The position numbers were made by a program, and so were the translations under genes. This document shows positions 29,978 through 40,498 of a DNA stretch of 64,000 nucleotides, one piece after another. Numbering within the stretch: the first letter of the stretch is position 1; the number at the start of each line of letters is the position of its first letter. The stretch is from an uncultured delta proteobacterium (GTDB lineage Bacteria; Desulfobacterota; Syntrophia; Syntrophales; Smithellaceae): the NCBI GenBank assembly GCA_963753975.1, contig CAVWEH010000005.1, positions 96,001 to 160,000 of the forward strand, written 5' to 3'. Under the pieces are notes generated by a model, which saw nothing but the letters and a program-made list of their open reading frames with translations, had not been told where the DNA came from and made no database searches.

Positions 29978-31906
29978 TTACTGTTTACCTTGTTTGGCCA
30001 GCTCTTCCGCTCTCAGGGTCTTTCTAAGAATTTTGCCCACATTGTTCTTGGGCAGTTCTTTTCTGAATTCAACCATGGTAGGAAGCTTGTACTTGGCCAA
30101 TTTGGTTGCACAGAATTCGATTATTTCCTGCTCTGTCGCGGTCTGCCCTTCCTTTAATACGACAAAAACCTTGATCTGCTCACCGCGTGTCGGATGAGGC
30201 ACTCCGATAGCGCATGCCTCCACAACTTTTGGGTTGGTATATAAAGCTTCATCTATGTCACGCGGATAGACGTTGTATCCGCCGGAAATAATCATGTCCT
30301 TTTTACGGTCGACGATGTAGAAGTAGCCTTCTTTATCCATTTTGGCTATGTCGCCGGTATACAACCATCCATTCCTTAAAGCGATGGCTGTTTCTTCAGG
30401 TTTTTTCCAATACCCCTTCATGACCTGAGGACCTCTGATAATAAGCTCGCCAAGTTCACCTACGGGAACATCCTTCTCCCCTGTTTCGAGATCCACTAGG
30501 CGGCATTCCGTATCCGGATACGGGAGTCCAATACTTCCTGCTTTTTGTACTCCTTCATATGGATTGGCATGCGTACACGGTGAAGCCTCAGTCAAGCCGA
30601 ATCCCTCAGCAATCAGCGCTCCAGATCTTGCTTTGATTTTTTTTATAACCTCAACCGGAAGCGGAGCGCTGCCTGAAGGAAGGCGTTTTATGCAGGTAAG
30701 ATCAAGCTTATCGAAATTCGGATGGCCAAGCAAGCCGATCAACATGGTCGGAACAAGACAGGCTACGGTTGGCCTGTATTTTTGTATGACGTCAAACAGG
30801 GCCTCCGGCGTTGGTCTTACTAACATTACACAGGTGCATTTGTAATAAATGGTTAAATTCATAACAGTGGACATCCCATAAACATGAAAAAACGGGATGG
30901 CACCGAGAAATATCTCCTTGCCGTCGCTTGTTATCGAATTTTTATATGTTTTTGGATCTGTTGCTTTTATCTGTTGCAACTGCTTGCTCAGGTTAGCATG
31001 GGTTAGCATCGCCCCCTTGGAAACACCTGTAGTGCCGCCTGTATACTGCAGTATGGCAATGTCGTTAAAATTAACATTTACCTGCGGGGGATTCGGGGGA
31101 TATTTCGCAATAAGGTCTTTCCAGCCGTATACATCCGGGGCATCCTTTGGCTTGGCAGCAAATACCGTGGCTGGATCCGTTGAGGAGGGAATATAATCGC
31201 CCAGTGAAGCATACACTATCTGTTTTATCTTGGTTTTTGGTCTCAGATCGATCATGTTATTTGCCAGCAGATCAAGCGTGATAAGAACCTTGGATTCCGA
31301 ATCATTGAACTGATATTCCAGTTCGGGTACGGAATATAGCGGATTGTTCATTACGGCTTTCCCGCCGATCTTCAGTATTGCATAATAAGCGGCGACTGTT
31401 TGAATCAAATTGGGCAGATGGATCGCGACACTGTCGCCTTTTCTAATGCCAAAATCAGTCAGACAGGTCGCAAAACGGTATACCATATCTTTCAATTCCG
31501 CATAGGTGATCTTATAATCTTGTGAAACAAACGCTGTTCTTCGTGGAAAATCCCGTGCCGCAATTTCAAGATTGTCAGTTAACAGTAATTCTTCATACTT
31601 AACCGTTGCCGTAACGCCCGGACTATAATGGGCAACCCACGGTTTATCCTGATATGTTACATTCTTCTTCACCGGCGGAGTTACTTTTTTCTTTGCCGGA
31701 AGCGCTGCCTTCTTCTTTTTGATCGGCCGCGCTACCTGCTTTTTTTTAGCCGGCTTTGATGCCTTCTTTTTAACCGAACGTATAACTTTCTTTTTCTTAA
31801 CCAATGACTTAACTTTTTTCTTTTTTACAGGACGCGTTACCTTCTTCTTAACCGAACGTGTAACTTTCTTTTTCTTTTTTGCAGGACGCACTGCTTTCTT
31901 CTTCAT
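29978..31906 (-). CDS. Long-chain fatty-acid--CoA ligase with an approximately 80-aa Lys-rich N-terminal extension
   Basis: YTGGTTGVSKG, EGFGLTE, GWLYTGD, GKILR; strong RBS GAGGAGGGAGG before ATG 31906. Confidence 0.9.
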   Translation of the reverse strand: MKKKAVRPAKKKKKVTRSVKKKVTRPVKKKKVKSLVKKKKVIRSVKKKASKPAKKKQVARPIKKKKAALPAKKKVTPPVKKNVTYQDKPWVAHYSPGVTATVKYEELLLTDNLEIAARDFPRRTAFVSQDYKITYAELKDMVYRFATCLTDFGIRKGDSVAIHLPNLIQTVAAYYAILKIGGKAVMNNPLYSVPELEYQFNDSESKVLITLDLLANNMIDLRPKTKIKQIVYASLGDYIPSSTDPATVFAAKPKDAPDVYGWKDLIAKYPPNPPQVNVNFNDIAILQYTGGTTGVSKGAMLTHANLSKQLQQIKATDPKTYKNSITSDGKEIFLGAIPFFHVYGMSTVMNLTIYYKCTCVMLVRPTPEALFDVIQKYRPTVACLVPTMLIGLLGHPNFDKLDLTCIKRLPSGSAPLPVEVIKKIKARSGALIAEGFGLTEASPCTHANPYEGVQKAGSIGLPYPDTECRLVDLETGEKDVPVGELGELIIRGPQVMKGYWKKPEETAIALRNGWLYTGDIAKMDKEGYFYIVDRKKDMIISGGYNVYPRDIDEALYTNPKVVEACAIGVPHPTRGEQIKVFVVLKEGQTATEQEIIEFCATKLAKYKLPTMVEFRKELPKNNVGKILRKTLRAEELAKQGKQ

Positions 31907-32240
31907 AATAATATTACCTCCCTCCTCAGATTAATGTTATAAATATTTCATTTTACGGAAGCTCGATATTCCGGATAATCCTTTTATGATTCATCTTTTC
32001 CCCCTATAATTATCATAGTTGCACGGGTTCTCTTTTTAATTATGCGGAAGCGCGTAATATTAATTTGGAAACAGCAAAAATCGGGTAACACACTCACCGC
32101 GGGAGATAATTACAAATCAACTTTGCCTAGTCAAGCTATTTTTTATTTGCCGATTAATAAAAATTTAAGATGACGTTTAAACCAAGATAGCAACACGCAT
32201 GCCTTATACTTCTTGCCATGCGCCTTTTAGGAAACCTACC

Positions 32241-32645
32241 TTATTTCTTTTCGCAAAGTTCGACTAACACACCAAAAGTAGATCGGGGATGGAGAAAAGC
32301 AATTTTTGCCCCACCTGCCCCGCACCGCGGTTTTTCATCAATCAACTGAATCCCTTTAGCCTTTAGTTCAGCCAAAGCACCTTCGAGGTTTTCCACACGA
32401 AAGGCAATATGCTGAACGCCTTCTCCCTTTTTTTCTATATATTTTGCTATGGGACCATCCTCAGATGTGGATTTCAAAAGTTCGACTTCCGTATCGCCGA
32501 CCGGGAAAAAAGCCGTGGTTACTTTTTGCTCCGCCACAGTTTCGTTTCCGGTGTGAGTAAGACCGAGAAGACCGCTGTAAAGATTTTTCGCCTCGCTGAT
32601 ACTTTTTACGGCAATGCCGATATGGTCTATTTTCAGAACTTTCAT
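32241..32645 (-). CDS. mce: Methylmalonyl-CoA epimerase
   Basis: IDHIGIAV, GEGVQHIAF, AFLHP..TFGVLVEL. Confidence 0.9.
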   Translation of the reverse strand: MKVLKIDHIGIAVKSISEAKNLYSGLLGLTHTGNETVAEQKVTTAFFPVGDTEVELLKSTSEDGPIAKYIEKKGEGVQHIAFRVENLEGALAELKAKGIQLIDEKPRCGAGGAKIAFLHPRSTFGVLVELCEKK

Positions 32646-32667
32646 GTTTTCTCCTTGAAGATTCTTT

Positions 32668-33075
32668 CTAATCGCGCTGACGCGCGTGCAGCTGGATGAA
32701 ATTAACGATTTTCTCCGTGGATGTTCCAGGTCCAAAAATTTCCGCAATGCCCGATTTCTTTAATTCGACGACATCTTCAGCCGGAATGATACCTCCTCCT
32801 ACCACCAGAACATCACTCAATCCTTTTTCACGAAGCAGTTCCATCACCCGGGGGAAAAAATAATTGTGTACACCGGATAAGCTGCTCAGCCCCACCACAT
32901 CGGCATCTTCCTGCAGAGCGGTCGCAACAATCATTTCGGGAGTCTGCCTTAAGCCCGTATAAATCACTTCCATGCCTGCTTCCATAAATATTCTTGCCAG
33001 GAGCTTTGCTCCGCGGTCATGCCCATCCAGACCGGGTTTGGCCAGAACTATCCTGATCTTTCTTTTACTCCCCAT
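32668..33075 (-). CDS. Cobalamin-binding subunit of acyl-CoA mutase
   Basis: [22 protein letters not shown]. Confidence 0.92.
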   Translation of the reverse strand: MGSKRKIRIVLAKPGLDGHDRGAKLLARIFMEAGMEVIYTGLRQTPEMIVATALQEDADVVGLSSLSGVHNYFFPRVMELLREKGLSDVLVVGGGIIPAEDVVELKKSGIAEIFGPGTSTEKIVNFIQLHARQRD

Positions 33076-33116
33076 CAAATAATCCTCCGACAATGGTCTT
33101 TTCGCAATCAAATTAT

Positions 33117-33260
33117 AGGCTGTCCAATACCCTGAAGGGCACGTACCGAAAGTCCGAATGCATGGCCTCCGAGAGCCTGAGAAGCAAAGGCGTATTTTTG
33201 GTCATACGCCGTAGCGACGAAAGTTGAGGGAACGCCGTAGACGGGCGTCCGCAGCAGCCT
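33117..33260. repeat. Palindromic intergenic REP/MITE-like element
   Basis: Terminal AGGCTG...CAGCCT and internal GGCGTA/TACGCC hairpin; resembles intergenic repeats I recall from Deltaproteobacteria. Confidence 0.6.
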
Positions 33261-33263
33261 GTT

Positions 33264-34943
33264 TTAAAAGAATTGCTTGGGCTTATATTCGCCGTAAATC
33301 TCGCGCCACACATTGCATATTTCGCCGATGGTCGCATCGGCCTTTACCGCTTCGATGACGGCGGGCATCACGTTTTCATTACTTAGAGAAATTTTTCGCA
33401 GATGTTCCAACGCCTTTTCCCATTTGGTTTTGTCCCGTTTAGCGCGCATTTCCCGAAGTTTTTTTACTTCGATCTCGCCCACTTTCATATCCACTTTCAG
33501 CAGATTCGTGCAAGCCGCCTCTTCCATTGTATATTTGTTGATGCCGACATAAATGCGCTCGTGGCTTTCGATCTCTTTCTGAAAACGATAGGCGCTTTGT
33601 TGAATTTCCTTCTGGATAAAAGCCTGTTCGATGGCTGTTAGCGTTCCGCCCATATCATCTATTTTCTTAATATAATCTTCCGTCTCGGTTTCGATCTTAT
33701 CGGTCATCGCTTCCACCATATAGGAACCGGCCAAAGGGTCTATCGTATCGGCGGCGCCGCTTTCTTCGGCGACTATCTGCTGGGTGCGCAGCGCAACCGT
33801 TACCGCCTGCTCCGTGGGCAGGCACAGTGCCTCGTCATAGGAATTCGTGTGCAACGATTGACAACCGCCCAACGCCGCGGCGTAAGCTTGCAGGGCAACC
33901 CGGACGACGTTATTCAACGGCTGCTGCGCGGTAAGCGTAACACCTCCGGTTTGGACATGAAAACGCAGCATCATGGAACGCGGGTCTTTGGCGCCAAAGC
34001 GCTTCTTCATTATTTTAGCCCAGCAGCGGCGCGCCGCCCGGAACTTGGCCGTTTCCTCGAGTACATTCGTAAAAGCGTTGAAAAAGAAACTGAGGCGGGG
34101 AGCAAAAGTATCAACGTCAAGGCCGCGGTCAATGCAGGCCTGAACATAAGCAATACCATCCGCAATTGTGAATGCTACTTCCTGCGCTGCGGTGGAACCG
34201 GCTTCCCGGATATGATACCCGCTGATACTGATGGAGTTCCAGCGGGGAACATTCCGGAAACAATACTCGATCAAATCCACCGTCAGCTTCATGCTCGGCT
34301 GGGGGGGATAGATATATTGGCCGCGGACCGTAATTTCCTTGAGAATATCGTTTTGCACCGTACCGCCGAGCTTATCGTAGGAAACTCCTTGCTCATCGGC
34401 GCAAGCCAGATACATGGCCAAAAGCACGGTGGCCGGCGCATTGATGGTCATGGACGTCGTAACTTTATCCAGGGGAATCTTATTGAAGAGCAAGCGCATG
34501 TCTCCGATATAATCTATGGCCACACCTACCTTGCCCACTTCGCCCATGGAAAGAGGATGATCGCTATCATAACCCGCCTGAGTAGGAAGATCGAAGGCGA
34601 CGCTGAGACCCGTCTGACCCTGCTGGAGGAGATAGCGGTAGCGCTCGTTGCTCTCTTTGGCGCTGCCGAATCCGGCGTATTGGCGCATTGTCCAGAAACG
34701 CCCGCGGTACATGGTGGGCTGGACGCCGCGGGTAAAGGGATACTGTCCCGGATAACCGATATCTTCGTTATAGTCGAGGCCGGCGACCTCCAGCGGTGCG
34801 TAGAGCCTCTCTATCGGCGTGCCGGAAATACTGGTGAAAACCTTTTTACGCTCCTTCTCACGGGTCAGAGATTTTTGCAGTATTTCTTTTCCCCATTTAT
34901 CCTTGGCAGTTTTTGTCTTCTTCAGTTCATCTTTGTCCAACAT
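33264..34943 (-). CDS. Methylmalonyl-CoA mutase, substrate-binding (large) subunit
   Basis: WTMRQYAGF, QNDILKE, ISISGYHIREAG, HTNSYDEAL. Confidence 0.93.
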   Translation of the reverse strand: MLDKDELKKTKTAKDKWGKEILQKSLTREKERKKVFTSISGTPIERLYAPLEVAGLDYNEDIGYPGQYPFTRGVQPTMYRGRFWTMRQYAGFGSAKESNERYRYLLQQGQTGLSVAFDLPTQAGYDSDHPLSMGEVGKVGVAIDYIGDMRLLFNKIPLDKVTTSMTINAPATVLLAMYLACADEQGVSYDKLGGTVQNDILKEITVRGQYIYPPQPSMKLTVDLIEYCFRNVPRWNSISISGYHIREAGSTAAQEVAFTIADGIAYVQACIDRGLDVDTFAPRLSFFFNAFTNVLEETAKFRAARRCWAKIMKKRFGAKDPRSMMLRFHVQTGGVTLTAQQPLNNVVRVALQAYAAALGGCQSLHTNSYDEALCLPTEQAVTVALRTQQIVAEESGAADTIDPLAGSYMVEAMTDKIETETEDYIKKIDDMGGTLTAIEQAFIQKEIQQSAYRFQKEIESHERIYVGINKYTMEEAACTNLLKVDMKVGEIEVKKLREMRAKRDKTKWEKALEHLRKISLSNENVMPAVIEAVKADATIGEICNVWREIYGEYKPKQFF

Positions 34944-34984
34944 TTTTGCCGCTCCATTTTTACTTTTACAAAATTGTCGATATT

Positions 34985-37132
34985 TTATTTTTTAATAATC
35001 AAAGCATCCGCAACTTTCGCACCATCCGCAAAAAGCACCAGAGGATTGATGTCGAGTTCTTTTATTGTATCTTTATGGTCGGTAACCAAGAGGGAAACTC
35101 TTAAAATCACATCTACCAGCGCATCCATATTTATAGGCGGCTTGCCCCTTATTCCCGTGAGTACGCTGTATCCTTTAATTTCTCTTACCATCTCTTGCGC
35201 ATCGCTGCGACTAAGCGGTGTTATCCGAAAGGAGACATCCTTGAGCGCCTCCACAAAAATGCCGCCCAGCCCGAACATGATTACGTGACCAAATACCGGA
35301 TCCTTAGTCGTGCCGATAATTACCTCAACTCCATCCTTTAACATTTCTTGAACCAAAACGCCCTGTATTTTAGCGTCCGGCATATATTTTTTAGCGTTGG
35401 ATATAACTTCGTTAAAACCCGCGCGAACCTCCGCGTCACTTAACACATTTAGCTTGATACCTCCGGCCTCCGTCTTATGGGTAATCTGCGCGGACGAAAT
35501 CTTTAAGGCCACCGGGTAACCGATCTTGCGGGCTGACTCTACCGCCATATCAGCGGATGTGGCCAGCACTTCACTGGTTACGGGTATCCCATAGCCGGCT
35601 AAAACTTTTTTGGCCTCGTATTCCGATAAGGCATCCGGATTGTTTATCATCAGCTGGGCCTCTGTACCCGATTTTATTGCCTCACTATCTGTTTTGATAT
35701 CCGCAGTTCTTCTTAGCTTAGCGGCATACCAGGCCAGATCACTCATTGCCTGAATTGAGTGTAAGTGATCCTTCAGCACCGGCATACCGGCATCTTCAAT
35801 CGATTTAATCGCCTTGGCGATCACTTCCGATGCGGAAATATTGTAAGTTGTGAGTACGATAGGCTTGGTTGTTGATTGATAAATTTCGATCAGATCTTTG
35901 GCCAAAATGGGCGCGCTATGCGGCATGAAACCCATAGCCACCGTTATCATATGGATATTATCATCCGCCACCAGGGCTCTCAGGCAACGGCCCAGCATTT
36001 CCGGTTCAGCTACAGCCGCCGAAGTCAGATCTACCGGATTTTTGGCGGAACCAAAAGGAGGCAGAGACATTTCCAGTATGCGGCGCGTTTCGCCCGTAAA
36101 TTCCGGCACATTGAGCCCCAACGATTCGCATTTATCCGCCATCAAAACACCCGCTCCGCCGGAAATGGAAAGAATGCCGATATTATTACCTTCCGGCATG
36201 CGGCCGCCGCGGTGAACGATAACGAAAGATGTCAGTTCGCTCAAAGTTTCTATGCGGATGATTCCCATTTGACGGAAAAACGCATCATAAATTTTATCGT
36301 TTCCGGCCAGAGCGCCGGTATGGGATGATGCCGCTCTAGCGCCGGATTGCGTCCGGCCTACTTTCATTATCAAAAGCGGCTTTTTCAGCTTCAGAGCGTT
36401 TTGGGCTGCCTTGCGGAATTTAGCACCGTTTTTCGCGCCTTCCAGGTATCCGCCGATAACCGTAGTTTCGGGAGTTGTCAAAAGATAAGAAAGGAAATCG
36501 GAAAATTCCGTATCGGCCTCATTTCCGACGCTGACAAAGGAGCTGAAACCGACGCCCGCCTGAACCGCCTGGGCGAAGATCAAAGTCCCGAAAGCACCGC
36601 TTTGCGTCACAAATCCCAAAGACATCGGATAGACCGGTTTTAAATCGACGATATTGGCAAACGATGCCATTACCGAATTGCTTAAATTCACCAGCCCGAC
36701 GCAATTAGGACCCAATATCCGCAAATTATTTTTTTTAGAAAGTTGCGTTATTTGCTCCTGCAGGGCTTTGCCTTCCGGACCAACTTCGGAAAATCCTGAA
36801 GTGAAGAGCACCACAGCCTTGATTTTTTTTGCGACACACTGCTCGAGCGCCGCCAGCACCGCTTGTGCGGGAACACTGATGATAACCATCTCCACATCGC
36901 CGGGTATCTCCAATAATGAAGGATAGCATTTAACTCCGTGGATTTCCGTGTAATTAGGATTGATCGGATATAAGTTGCCCGCGTAACGCCATTTCAATAA
37001 GGCGTTCAAAGATCTGCCGCTGGGTTTGCGAATATCTTTGGATACTCCGATGAGGGCGATAGAACGAGGATTAAAAAAATATTCCATGGCCGCTATGTCG
37101 ACATATCCATCTGGTCGCAGATCCATTTCCAT
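34985..37132 (-). CDS. ADP-forming acyl-CoA synthetase (fused alpha/beta)
   Basis: LGPNCVG, ASSHTGALAG, HKTEAGG, MFGLGGIFVE, ELDINPL. Confidence 0.9.
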   Translation of the reverse strand: MEMDLRPDGYVDIAAMEYFFNPRSIALIGVSKDIRKPSGRSLNALLKWRYAGNLYPINPNYTEIHGVKCYPSLLEIPGDVEMVIISVPAQAVLAALEQCVAKKIKAVVLFTSGFSEVGPEGKALQEQITQLSKKNNLRILGPNCVGLVNLSNSVMASFANIVDLKPVYPMSLGFVTQSGAFGTLIFAQAVQAGVGFSSFVSVGNEADTEFSDFLSYLLTTPETTVIGGYLEGAKNGAKFRKAAQNALKLKKPLLIMKVGRTQSGARAASSHTGALAGNDKIYDAFFRQMGIIRIETLSELTSFVIVHRGGRMPEGNNIGILSISGGAGVLMADKCESLGLNVPEFTGETRRILEMSLPPFGSAKNPVDLTSAAVAEPEMLGRCLRALVADDNIHMITVAMGFMPHSAPILAKDLIEIYQSTTKPIVLTTYNISASEVIAKAIKSIEDAGMPVLKDHLHSIQAMSDLAWYAAKLRRTADIKTDSEAIKSGTEAQLMINNPDALSEYEAKKVLAGYGIPVTSEVLATSADMAVESARKIGYPVALKISSAQITHKTEAGGIKLNVLSDAEVRAGFNEVISNAKKYMPDAKIQGVLVQEMLKDGVEVIIGTTKDPVFGHVIMFGLGGIFVEALKDVSFRITPLSRSDAQEMVREIKGYSVLTGIRGKPPINMDALVDVILRVSLLVTDHKDTIKELDINPLVLFADGAKVADALIIKK

Positions 37133-37501
37133 TATCCTTTGCTCGTAGTGGCCGAAATTTGACCGAATTTCGATAAAAATACAACTAAAAATTAATCAAC
37201 CATTTATTTGTTGCGATCTTGGCAATATGAGACCTGGCAAGATAAGGTCGTATATACGCCCAGAGAAGGCAAGTCAAGGAGCTCGTCGATCTATTCGCCG
37301 GTATAACTTAATGCATTTTTCGGTGAACCGGATTATTTTAAGAAAGTTTACACAGATATTATACAGATATTATATAGACAACATAAATATTTATATCTTT
37401 ATAACGGCAGCTCGGCCGCTCATGTTTCAAGCAAGGTTATAATACGAATAAGCCATTATGAGCACTGGGGCAACCGTCTTTCAAAACGCGGTAACAATCA
37501 T

Positions 37502-38245
37502 TTATTTCAGTGCCCGATAGATTCCGGCGGCTCCGAAAAAAAGCGGTTGGTAATAAACCTGCCGGAAACCGGAGGCCAGTAGCCGCTTTCTCAATCTTTC
37601 CGGCGTGTAAAAGTTTATAGCTGATTCTGTAAGATACTTATAAGCCTTTCTATCGCCGGAAATTAACATACCCGCCCAATACACATAAGTGCGCAAATAA
37701 AGATGGTGAAGCCGGCGGATGAGCTTGTTTTGCGGCTGGCTGGATTCGGCAATAAGGCAGCTGCCGCCCGGTTTGAGCACCCTTACTATCTCGGCAATAT
37801 GCCTCTCCGCCAACGGATTTTTGTATATGAGGTTGCGAAAAGCGAAAGAAATGCCGATACAGTCGAAATAGGCATCGGGAAAGGGCAGCTGCGCCGCTTC
37901 GCCGTAAATGAAGGATATTTTTTTATCCGCCGCCGCTGCCTGCACCTTTTGGGCAGCTATTTCCAACATCGGGCGGCTGAAATCATAGCCCGTAACATGC
38001 AGATTCCCCCTGGCACGGTGGGCAATATTGATCGCCAGATCGCCGGTGCCGCAACCAATGTCCAATACCTTTTCTGGATTTAGCTTTAGGCATTCTGTAA
38101 CCAGTTTACCCCGCCAGCGCCTATCCATGCCCCAGGTAAAAACATGGTTAATCAGATCATAACTTCCGGTTATCCCGCTGAACATAGGAGATAGCAACTT
38201 GCGCCGAAACTCGTTTTGACTATTGTCGGCCAAAAAATCCTCCAC
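37502..38245 (-). CDS. UbiE/MenG family quinone methyltransferase
   Basis: YDLINH, LDIGCGTGD, SFAFRN, YKYLTES. Confidence 0.85.
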   Translation of the reverse strand: MEDFLADNSQNEFRRKLLSPMFSGITGSYDLINHVFTWGMDRRWRGKLVTECLKLNPEKVLDIGCGTGDLAINIAHRARGNLHVTGYDFSRPMLEIAAQKVQAAAADKKISFIYGEAAQLPFPDAYFDCIGISFAFRNLIYKNPLAERHIAEIVRVLKPGGSCLIAESSQPQNKLIRRLHHLYLRTYVYWAGMLISGDRKAYKYLTESAINFYTPERLRKRLLASGFRQVYYQPLFFGAAGIYRALK

Positions 38246-38246
38246 T

Positions 38247-39137
38247 TTATATAATTACCGCCAGAATGTAACCAACACCCAGCAGTAATTGGGTCGCCAG
38301 CACGACCAGCACATTGTTACTCATGGCCGGAATCAGGCTGGTCATATCATCCGGTTTTAGGGAACCGCGAATCGCTTTGACGGCAAAGGGCAGAGTAGAG
38401 AGGCCGATCAATGTCCAGACCGGTGTTATCCGGGCTATAACGCTTCCGATAATCCAGAGATAGACTAATATGGTAAACGCCGCAAAAACTTTGGCCGCCC
38501 TCGGCTTCCCCATGGTAATGGGCAGGGTCTTCCGTCCGGCTGTTTGATCTGCACCCACATCGGGAAACTCGTTAAGTAAAAGAAGATTGTGCACTAAAAT
38601 AAAGGAAGGTACGGCAGCAAAAAATGCCGGTAAAGAATAAGAGCCGGTTTGCGCGAAATATGTCCCTAATACGGGCAACATTCCTAATCCAAAACCGGCC
38701 GACCACTCCGGCCATCTGTGCTTCAATATTACCGGCGAATAGAAAACCACACACAGTGCAGCAACGATAAGCAGTGGCAATAACAACCAACCCTGAAAGA
38801 ACACAAAATATAACCCGATGGGTGTTGCCAGCAGCAGGGCTATTATTCCCATCCATAAAACCTGCTTTGGTTTTAAAAGCCCGGCCCGCAAAATGCCGCT
38901 TCCGCCGCTGAAAGGAGTTATTTGAGTCCTGAGATCTATGCCACTCTTATAATCAAAATAATCGTTGAGTGTGTTGACGCTGATGTGAGTCAGCACTAAG
39001 CCGAAGCCTGCCAAAAACGCATAACCTAAATGCAAAACATCATTATAAAACCAGGCTATACATACCCCTAAAAAAGCCAGTATCACCGACAGCAGAAGGT
39101 ATTGCGGCCGGGTCTCCAGAAACCAAACTTTCAGCAT
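38247..39137 (-). CDS. UbiA/MenA family prenyltransferase
   Basis: NDYFDYKSGID, FSGGSG, NEFPDVGAD...GRKT. Confidence 0.85.
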   Translation of the reverse strand: MLKVWFLETRPQYLLLSVILAFLGVCIAWFYNDVLHLGYAFLAGFGLVLTHISVNTLNDYFDYKSGIDLRTQITPFSGGSGILRAGLLKPKQVLWMGIIALLLATPIGLYFVFFQGWLLLPLLIVAALCVVFYSPVILKHRWPEWSAGFGLGMLPVLGTYFAQTGSYSLPAFFAAVPSFILVHNLLLLNEFPDVGADQTAGRKTLPITMGKPRAAKVFAAFTILVYLWIIGSVIARITPVWTLIGLSTLPFAVKAIRGSLKPDDMTSLIPAMSNNVLVVLATQLLLGVGYILAVII

Positions 39138-39492
39138 ACTATCACATCTTCCTCTGCGGAGTAGATTATTGAGAACTTCATCATTTAATCAGGTCATGCG
39201 ACGGGAGGCGAAACATATGGCAGTTCCATTGGCGTGTCAATTATTATTATCACGGGCATAAAATCTTCCATGGTTTGTTGTTGATTTTATACACGCCTTC
39301 ACGGATTATTTATATTGCCCCGCTAAGCATTACCGACGCCAGGAATTATGTATCATCGAACTTAGCTGATCGCATGTCAATATTCATTGTTTCACTTTTC
39401 CTGTGATAACAATAAATTTAATGATGAATACCGAAGCTATTTTTTAAGCGCAGCCGGAATTTATTTTTTCGTTCCTATTCTTTTGCCGGTGT

Positions 39493-40257
39493 CTATAAAA
39501 GGTGATGCCCGCCGTCCAGCAACAGTGTTTCACCGGTTACGAGAACGGCTTCTTCGATGAAGTAACGGACCGTAGCCGCAATCATCTCCGGGGTTGCCGT
39601 CATCTTCAGAGGAATCGTACTCTCCAGGCGATTTTTTGTTTTTTTATACCTTTCCTGTCCCATTCCCGCCTGCAGCCATTCACCCTGAATGAAGCCGGGG
39701 CATATAGCGTTGATTCGAATCTCCGGACCCAAAACACGCGCCAACGCGATCGTCATATTAATCAACGCCGCCTTGGACGCACAATAAGCGACAGAACTGC
39801 CGATTGCTTTTACACCGGCAAGAGAGGCTATATTGACGATGGCTCCGTTGCCTGCGCTTTCATCTGCGGTAGCCACGGCTCTGATCATCTGGTAAGGGCC
39901 GACCAGATTGACACTGTATATATGCAGAAAATCCTCTTTGGAAAGACCTTCCAGATTACCGTGAGCATTGAATTTTGTCGTCCCGGCATTGTTCACAAGA
40001 ACATCGATGCGTCCCCATTTGTCCATCGTCTCGTGCGCCATGCGCCGGCAATCGCCATCCTCAGCAACGTCAGCCCGGCAAAGCAAAGTCTCGGCGCCCA
40101 AGGAAATACAGGCCGCCTGAACCTCTCGGGCTTCTTTTTCGCTTTGGGAATAATTAACCACTATATTGTAGCCGTTTTTCGCCAAGAGCTTTACTGTCGC
40201 GGCGCCGACACCCCGGGATGAACCGGTAACGATGGCGACGGGTTTGGATTTATTCAT
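39493..40257 (-). CDS. Short-chain dehydrogenase/reductase
   Basis: TGSSRGVG, NNAG, YCASK. Confidence 0.9.
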   Translation of the reverse strand: MNKSKPVAIVTGSSRGVGAATVKLLAKNGYNIVVNYSQSEKEAREVQAACISLGAETLLCRADVAEDGDCRRMAHETMDKWGRIDVLVNNAGTTKFNAHGNLEGLSKEDFLHIYSVNLVGPYQMIRAVATADESAGNGAIVNIASLAGVKAIGSSVAYCASKAALINMTIALARVLGPEIRINAICPGFIQGEWLQAGMGQERYKKTKNRLESTIPLKMTATPEMIAATVRYFIEEAVLVTGETLLLDGGHHLL

Positions 40258-40498
40258 AGCAGTTCTCCTTTTATGCGAATAAGAATATGTTCGCACTTAT
40301 CACAAAACAAATTCCAGCAAAAGGGGTAACGACAGCAAAGAAAGTTCTTCGTATCCTTTCCTTGATATGCTCCTTTCTTATATCGCTTTCCGCGTCAGTC
40401 TGAATGGAGAAATTATTTAATTTAATTTTCGCTAATTTCAGAGCTATGTTAATAGTTTAATTAAAAGAGCTACCAGCGTGCGGATTTAAATTTTATTA

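Noticed and set aside
33849..35288. 479-aa antisense ORF, and similar long antisense ORFs over ppdK, pyk and the dehydratase
   Set aside because: Shadow ORFs opposite well-supported genes, with no protein motifs.
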